From: an uncultured Mycoplasmatota bacterium | GTDB taxonomy: Bacteria; Bacillota_I; Bacilli_A; RF39; UBA660 | Direction: 5' to 3' | Assembly (NCBI GenBank): GCA_946639185.1 | Contig: CAMPBR010000002.1 | Span: forward strand, 1,097-65,096 | DNA: 64,000 nucleotides | In this document: piece after piece, positions 59,201 through 64,000 of the stretch | How the letters are laid out: every line of letters begins with the position of its first letter | How positions within the stretch are numbered: the stretch's first letter is position 1 | The notes under the pieces: generated by a model | Database searches by the model: none | The model's input: the letters and a program-made list of their open reading frames with translations, nothing else | What the model was told of the DNA's origin: nothing | Program-made: the position numbers and the translations under genes

Positions 59201-61020
59201 AGAAATCTTTAGGTGGAGTTATTGGTGCAGGATTCGATCCAATTTACTTAATTGCCCAAAGACTTGTTAAACACTCTAATGATGAAGGATATTTAGTTGG
59301 TTCCCGTGGATCAGTTGGATCTAGTTTCGTTGCTACAATGATGGGAATTACTGAGGTTAATCCGTTATCAGCTCATTATAGATGTAAGAATTGTAAGACT
59401 AGTATATTTGAAGATGATAATGGTAATAGTTTAGGAGCTACATATTCGAGTGGATTTGATTTACCTGATAAAGTATGTCCTAATTGTGGTAAACCAATGT
59501 ATAAAGATGGACAAGATATGCCGTTTGCGACATTCTTAGGATTTAATGCTGATAAAGTACCTGATATTGATTTAAACTTCTCAGATTTAAATCAAGCATC
59601 AACTCATGCTTATACTAAGGTATTATTCGGAGCTGATAATGTATATCGTGCTGGTACTATTGGTACTGTTGCTGATAAAACAGCATTTGGTTTTGTAAAA
59701 GGATATTGTGAAGATAAAGGTTATACTATGCGTACTGCAGAAGTTGAACGTTTAGCTATTGGATGTACTGGTGTTAAAAGAACTACTGGGCAACATCCTG
59801 GTGGAATTGTAGTTATTCCTGATTATATGGATTGTTTTGATTTCACACCATTCCAATTTCCTGCAGAAGATCCTAATTCTCCATGGAGAACAACGCACTT
59901 TGATTACCACTCAATTGAAGAGTGTGTATTAAAACTGGATATTTTAGGACATTCTGATCCAACACAACTTCGTTTAATTCAACTTCAATCTGGAACTGAT
60001 ATTATGGCTGTTCCACTTGATGATAAAGATACAATGAGTATATTTACATCTCCTGATGTTTTAGGGGTTACAAAAGATGAAATTATGTGTAATACAGGAA
60101 CGTTAGGTATTCCAGAGTTTGGTACACCATTTACTATTCAGTTAGTTGAAGATACTAAACCAACAACATTCGGAGAACTTATAAAAATATCTGGTTTATC
60201 ACACGGTACTGATGTTTGGTTAGGAAATGCAAAGGACTTATGTACACCAGATGAAAATGGAAATATCTTAGTTCCATTTAAAGAGACTATTGGCTGTCGT
60301 GATGATATCATGGTTTATTTAATGTATCATGGTGTAAAACCAATTAAAGCATTTAAGATAATGGAGTTTGTTCGTAAAGGTAAAGCTTCAAAAGACCCTG
60401 AAACATGGAAAGAACATGTTAAGACGATGCAAGAAGCTGATATTCCAGAATGGTTTATAGAGTCTTGTCGTAAGATTAAATACATGTTCCCAAAAGCCCA
60501 TGCTGCTGCTTACGTTATTAGTGCGTTTAGAATTGCTTGGTATAAAGTTCATATGCCAGTATATTATTACGCATCATGGTTTTCTTGTAAGGCAACTGAT
60601 GTTGATGTTGAAGCAATGATAGCTGGATATGATGCTATTAAGACTAGAATACTAGATATTCAAGCTAAAGGTTATGAAGCAAGTAATAAAGAAAATGGAC
60701 AACTTGAAAGTTTAAAACTTGCTTTAGAAGCTACTGCTCGTAAAATAGTTTTCACACCAATTGATTTATATAAGAGTGAAGCAACAGTTTGGAAAGCAGA
60801 TGGTGATAAAAATGTCATTCCACCATTCTTAGCTATTGATGGCTTAGGTGAAACAGTTGCTCAAAATATAGTTGAAGAAAGAAATAAAAAAGAATTTATT
60901 TCAATCGAAGACTTCCAAAAGAGATGTAAAGTTTCAGCTACATTAGTTGATAAAATGCGTAGTATGGGAATCTTAAAAGGATTACCTGAATCAAGCCAAA
61001 TGACATTATTTGAGTTATAG
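56251..61020 (+). CDS. polC: DNA polymerase III PolC-type (1589 aa, longer than most PolC)
   Basis: N-terminal PolC-specific domains, an OB fold, a PHP domain, the DEDDh proofreading exonuclease (VVFDTETTGF...HNAKFDISF...HRADYDA) and a zinc finger (CKNCK...CPNCG). Confidence 0.92.
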   Translation: MKEDKIKILFEQINLDSETKEKLKDMSLDKVKVNEKNATWTFVLKNDSILDIEDYIKLEELGNHAFKNIKKVYFEIVPKCKDLTKLQDYYNYALAKLKNVLIFSDIFNNRLDVHNMTVEVVNIEEEKQLKEILPKINSLLNLYGFDVSLTIYLNMDDNDIKDIINKDLREATKNVVVTTPSETLSEKKDFTKFKRRPKIEDDKENPNVVVGRVIETTPTSIKNLVGEQDDVTVEGYVFGIDYFESTKSDFRIITLKITDYTDSIYCKVFCKGNEIYGERKKALKEKKWYVIRGDIKKDQWSNFEEVLNVTDINILERSEEKRVDNAPIKRVELHAHTMMSQMDGITKLDLGKHTCELVERCIDMGYRGVAITDHNGCQAFPISFGIIKGYNKKVRGKIKDKIVELESTLSELTDEEEKKKVEEELELKKEELKNPPIFKGLYGTELTLVDDTVNIVVRPTEDSLIDSTYVVFDTETTGFNAGGADQMIEIGAVKLKNGEIIDRFDELIDPKRHIPDKITELTLISDDMVKGCRSEEEVTKSFMEWTGNLPMVAHNAKFDISFISSAMKKYNLGEFTNTVVDTLELSRTLDQGYARHSLSALVKRYDVPWDEESHHRADYDAEGTALVFAKMLKKLEMQKFEKITDLDKLISKDEIHKFGRTFHFNAIALNKTGLKNLFTIISLANTVYLYKTPRILRSKLQELREGLLIGSGCYESEVFNEARSKEGEELTNIINFYDYVEVQPPEVYDHLLQTGDFKDKEELQNHIKKIIDETMAAGKIIVATGDVHHFDPEDKIYRKIIVNQKVPGGGRHPLAKKDITEIPSQHFRTTEEMLENFNFLDKDLAYKIVVENTNKVLDMVEEIEVIPDTGGTPFSPRVKADDGETYLDCPRVVTDLVYTRAKDWYGEPLPYSIEERIATELYGDIVLTSVKYNLGSDAKKEDIFKKLHDVIVAGKDSVNNYVKDYLKKTSEEELDDKALETKLKKSLGGVIGAGFDPIYLIAQRLVKHSNDEGYLVGSRGSVGSSFVATMMGITEVNPLSAHYRCKNCKTSIFEDDNGNSLGATYSSGFDLPDKVCPNCGKPMYKDGQDMPFATFLGFNADKVPDIDLNFSDLNQASTHAYTKVLFGADNVYRAGTIGTVADKTAFGFVKGYCEDKGYTMRTAEVERLAIGCTGVKRTTGQHPGGIVVIPDYMDCFDFTPFQFPAEDPNSPWRTTHFDYHSIEECVLKLDILGHSDPTQLRLIQLQSGTDIMAVPLDDKDTMSIFTSPDVLGVTKDEIMCNTGTLGIPEFGTPFTIQLVEDTKPTTFGELIKISGLSHGTDVWLGNAKDLCTPDENGNILVPFKETIGCRDDIMVYLMYHGVKPIKAFKIMEFVRKGKASKDPETWKEHVKTMQEADIPEWFIESCRKIKYMFPKAHAAAYVISAFRIAWYKVHMPVYYYASWFSCKATDVDVEAMIAGYDAIKTRILDIQAKGYEASNKENGQLESLKLALEATARKIVFTPIDLYKSEATVWKADGDKNVIPPFLAIDGLGETVAQNIVEERNKKEFISIEDFQKRCKVSATLVDKMRSMGILKGLPESSQMTLFEL

Positions 61021-61043
61021 GAAGCAAGTGCTTCCTTTTTTTT
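61019..61043 (+). terminator. Rho-independent terminator after polC
   Basis: Stem ggaagc/gcttcc followed by a T9 run. Confidence 0.7.
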
Positions 61044-61150
61044 ATAAAATTTAAATTTTTTGAAAATTAATAATTAAAAATAGTTTTATGATGAAAAATA
61101 ATTTTTCTTTTATAGAAAAGTAATTTTTCATCTTTTATTTTTTTTAAAAC

Positions 61151-61216
61151 TTGAAAAGTGCGATTTGTCTTCTTTATTTTTCTATGTTATAGTGCTACTA
61201 CTGGAGGAAAAATATG
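61151..61216 (+). promoter_or_regulatory. Copy B of the duplicated promoter/leader element: -35 TTGTCT, a 17-nt spacer, TGtTATAGT and a GGAGG SD, driving the YhcG-like gene
   Basis: See copy A. Confidence 0.5.
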
Positions 61217-62131
61217 TTAAAGACTGAAAAATATTATAAAGATATAAAAGATAAAATTATTGATACTGAAACTACTATTAGAGTAAAGGATTATAGTAAG
61301 AATAAAGTAATATTAGAAAATTACTATGAAATAGGAAGATTAATAGTAGAAGCACAAGGAGGTGAAGAAAGGGCTAGGTATGGAGATGGACTAATTAAAG
61401 AATTTTCAAGTAGATTAGTTAATGAGGTAGGAAAAAAGTATAGCTATAGAACTTTATTTAGAATAAGGCAATTTTATATTTTGTTTAATAACGAAAAAGT
61501 GTCAGCAATGCCGACAATATTATCTTGGAGTCATTATACTGAACTATTGGTATTAGATGACTATGATGCTATTAATTATTATATTGATATTTCTATTAAA
61601 CAAAATCTAACTTATAGACAACTTCATGAAAAAATAAAAAATAAAGAATATGAAAGTTTATCTTTAGATACTAAACAAAAATTAATTGAAAATAAAAATC
61701 CAGAAATTACTGAATTAGTTAAAGAAACTATAATTATAAATAATCCTAAAAATATTGAAGTAATTAATGAAAAAAAACTTCAAAAATTGATAATGGAAGA
61801 TATCTATAGATTTTTGAATCAGTTTGGTAGTGGTTATATGTTTGTAGGAAATGAATATCCTCTTAAGATAGGAGATAGCTATTATAAGATTGATTTACTT
61901 TTATATAATGTAGAATATGAATCTTATGTAGTAGTTGAATTAAAAATAGGAAAGTTAAAGCACGAACATGTAGGACAGGTAGAATTATATATGAACTATA
62001 TTGATAAACATATTAAAAAGCCTTCTCATAATAAAACAATCGGAATAATATTATGTCATAAAAATAATAAATTAATAATGGAATATTGTAGTAATCCAAG
62101 TATTATTTCTAGAGAATATATTTTATGTTAA
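61214..62131 (+). CDS. YhcG-like protein: DUF1016-type N-terminal domain plus a C-terminal PD-(D/E)XK nuclease fold
   Basis: The C-terminal IDLLLYNVEYESYVVVELKIGK is a D...E.K restriction-endonuclease-like motif. The overall architecture matches the YhcG/DUF1016 family. Confidence 0.55.
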   Translation: MLKTEKYYKDIKDKIIDTETTIRVKDYSKNKVILENYYEIGRLIVEAQGGEERARYGDGLIKEFSSRLVNEVGKKYSYRTLFRIRQFYILFNNEKVSAMPTILSWSHYTELLVLDDYDAINYYIDISIKQNLTYRQLHEKIKNKEYESLSLDTKQKLIENKNPEITELVKETIIINNPKNIEVINEKKLQKLIMEDIYRFLNQFGSGYMFVGNEYPLKIGDSYYKIDLLLYNVEYESYVVVELKIGKLKHEHVGQVELYMNYIDKHIKKPSHNKTIGIILCHKNNKLIMEYCSNPSIISREYILC

Positions 62132-62197
62132 ATTGGTGTTTTCTCTTTATAAAATATGTTAGATATTGTATAATTATATTGATAGGAGAGTAGCATT

Positions 62198-64000
62198 ATG
62201 ATAGATATAAACAACTTAAATGAAAATCAAAGACAAGCAGTTACTACAACTGAAGGACCATTATTAATTCTAGCAGGAGCAGGATCTGGTAAAACGAAAG
62301 TTTTAACTACTAGAATTGCTTATTTAATAGAAGAAAAAAATGTTAGTCCATATAATATTTTAGCTATAACATTTACTAATAAAGCAGCAAAAGAGATGCA
62401 GTCACGTGTTATTAATTTAGTAGGAGAATATGCTAAAAATATGCAAGTATCAACATTCCATTCATTTGGACTTAGATTATTAAGAGAAAATTATGATAAA
62501 CTTGGATATGATAGAAATTTCGTTATTATGGATAGTGATGACTCACTAACTGTAGTAAAAAAAATATTAAAAGAATTAAATTTAGATCCTAAACAATATA
62601 ATCCTAATGCTATTAGAAATAAAATAAGTGGATGTAAGAATGAACTTATGAGTCCTAAAGATTATGAAAGATATGCATCTAGTGAATTTGAAAAAGTAGT
62701 ACTATCTGTATATGAAAAATATGAACATAAATTAAAAACAAATAATTCAGTAGATTTTGATGATTTATTAATATTACCTATTAAATTATTTAGAGAACAT
62801 GAAGATATATTAGATAAGTATCAAGAACATTTTAAATATATATTAGTAGATGAGTATCAAGATACAAATGAAGCTCAGTATATTTTAACTAAATTACTTG
62901 CATCTAAATATCGTAATTTATGTGTAGTTGGTGATGAAAATCAATCTATATATTCATTTAGAGGTGCAAATTATAGAAATATTTTGAATTTTGAAAAGGA
63001 TTATAAAGAAGCTAATGTTATTAAACTAGAACAGAATTATCGTTCTACTGAAAATATTTTAGATGCTGCGAATTCAGTCATAAAAAATAATGAAAGTAGA
63101 AAAGATAAAAATCTTTGGAGTGATAAAGGTAAAGGTGATAAGATTATTTATTATCGTAGCTATGATGAAAAAGATGAAGTTCATTATGTTGCATCAAATA
63201 TCAAACGATTAATTAGTGAAGGTAAAAATCCATCAGAAATAGCTATCCTTTATAGAACTAATGCTCAATCTAGAACTATGGAAGAAGAAATGTTAAAAGA
63301 AAATATTCCATATCATGTAGTTGGAAGTTTTCAATTCTATAGTCGTAAAGAAATTAAAGATTTGATGGCTTATTTAAGACTTATTCATAATGAAAAAGAT
63401 AATATTAGTTTAACTAGAGTTATTAATAGTCCTAAACGTGGAATTGGTTTAAAGACTATTTCTAATTTAACGGAAAAAGCTGATTTAGAAAATAAAAGTA
63501 TTTATGAAGTTATAAATAGTGGTAAAGAATTAGAGTTTAAAAAAGTTATTGAAGACTTAAAAAAAGTATCTGAAAATGTTACTTTAACTGAGTTAATTGA
63601 TAAAATATTAGATACAACTGGATATAGAAGAGAGCTTGAAAGTGAAAAAACTTTAGAAGCAGATATTAGACTTGAAAACTTAGAAGAATTTAAATCTATT
63701 ACTAAAGCATTTGAAGAAAGAGATGGACTTGTATCTTTAGAAGATTTCTTATTTGAAGTAAGTTTAGTGAGTGATAGAGATGAATATCAAGATAGTAGAG
63801 ATAAAGTTAGTTTAATGACAGTACATGCTGTTAAAGGACTTGAGTTTAATGATGTATTTGTAATTGGCTTAGAAGAAGGAATATTCCCACATATGAATTC
63901 TTTAATGGAAAACTCAGAATTAGAAGAAGAAAGAAGACTTATGTATGTAGCTATAACTAGAGCTAAAGAAAGACTTTATTTAGTTAATGCAAGACGTAGA
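62198..64000 (+). CDS. pcrA: ATP-dependent DNA helicase PcrA/UvrD, 3'-truncated by the window edge
   Basis: MIDINNLNENQRQAVTTTEGPLLILAGAGSGKTKVLTTRIAYLI is the PcrA N-terminus. Motifs Ia-VI follow, and the frame is open to the end of the window. Confidence 0.9.
   Translation, partial: MIDINNLNENQRQAVTTTEGPLLILAGAGSGKTKVLTTRIAYLIEEKNVSPYNILAITFTNKAAKEMQSRVINLVGEYAKNMQVSTFHSFGLRLLRENYDKLGYDRNFVIMDSDDSLTVVKKILKELNLDPKQYNPNAIRNKISGCKNELMSPKDYERYASSEFEKVVLSVYEKYEHKLKTNNSVDFDDLLILPIKLFREHEDILDKYQEHFKYILVDEYQDTNEAQYILTKLLASKYRNLCVVGDENQSIYSFRGANYRNILNFEKDYKEANVIKLEQNYRSTENILDAANSVIKNNESRKDKNLWSDKGKGDKIIYYRSYDEKDEVHYVASNIKRLISEGKNPSEIAILYRTNAQSRTMEEEMLKENIPYHVVGSFQFYSRKEIKDLMAYLRLIHNEKDNISLTRVINSPKRGIGLKTISNLTEKADLENKSIYEVINSGKELEFKKVIEDLKKVSENVTLTELIDKILDTTGYRRELESEKTLEADIRLENLEEFKSITKAFEERDGLVSLEDFLFEVSLVSDRDEYQDSRDKVSLMTVHAVKGLEFNDVFVIGLEEGIFPHMNSLMENSELEEERRLMYVAITRAKERLYLVNARRR

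Noticed and set aside
1-64000. CRISPR arrays, IS elements, tRNA/rRNA genes
   Set aside because: I scanned for short regularly spaced direct repeats, transposase-like ORFs with terminal inverted repeats, and GC-rich cloverleaf-sized segments. None were found. The only GC-rich structured stretch is rnpB.

Overview
The window reads as chromosomal DNA from a low-GC (about 27-30% by eye), Asn/Lys-rich, endospore-forming Firmicute. The gene order is strikingly Bacillus-like: spoIVA-hup, cca, dnaD-nth, mscL, ponA-recU (overlapping, minus strand), gpsB followed directly by a type-B RNase P RNA, rodZ-like-pgsA-recA-rny, rnj, ftsY-ylxM ... ffh, priA ... fmt-rlmN-prpC-prkC-rsgA-rpe with rpmB convergent, then dnaE, polC, a YhcG-like PD-(D/E)XK protein and the start of pcrA. 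I saw no tRNA, rRNA, CRISPR array, transposase or integrase. Three stretches stand out against this conserved backbone. (1) An 11 kb block (26.1-37.4 kb) sits inside the otherwise universal ftsY-ylxM-ffh SRP operon. It encodes an orphan HerA/FtsK-like ATPase, a secreted protein made of novel Cys/His repeats, two SipW-type signal peptidases and four putative SipW-cognate secreted proteins. Two of those four have TasA/camelysin-like domains, and one is a 934-aa giant carrying five cadherin-like repeats. This looks like an expanded, undescribed TasA-like fibre or adhesin system. (2) The first 7 kb form an accessory island: an AraC regulator, a soluble VirD4/TraG-like P-loop ATPase flanked by two paralogous small proteins, and several unknown proteins including a 695-aa protein with RNAP alphaCTD-like HhH modules. 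(3) dnaE and polC lie adjacent, separated by a 276-aa unknown protein. A roughly 70-nt promoter/leader element is duplicated upstream of dnaE, where it drives a 13-codon mini-ORF, and again downstream of polC, where it drives the YhcG-like gene. All calls below come from reading the translations and the DNA by eye; no database search was possible.
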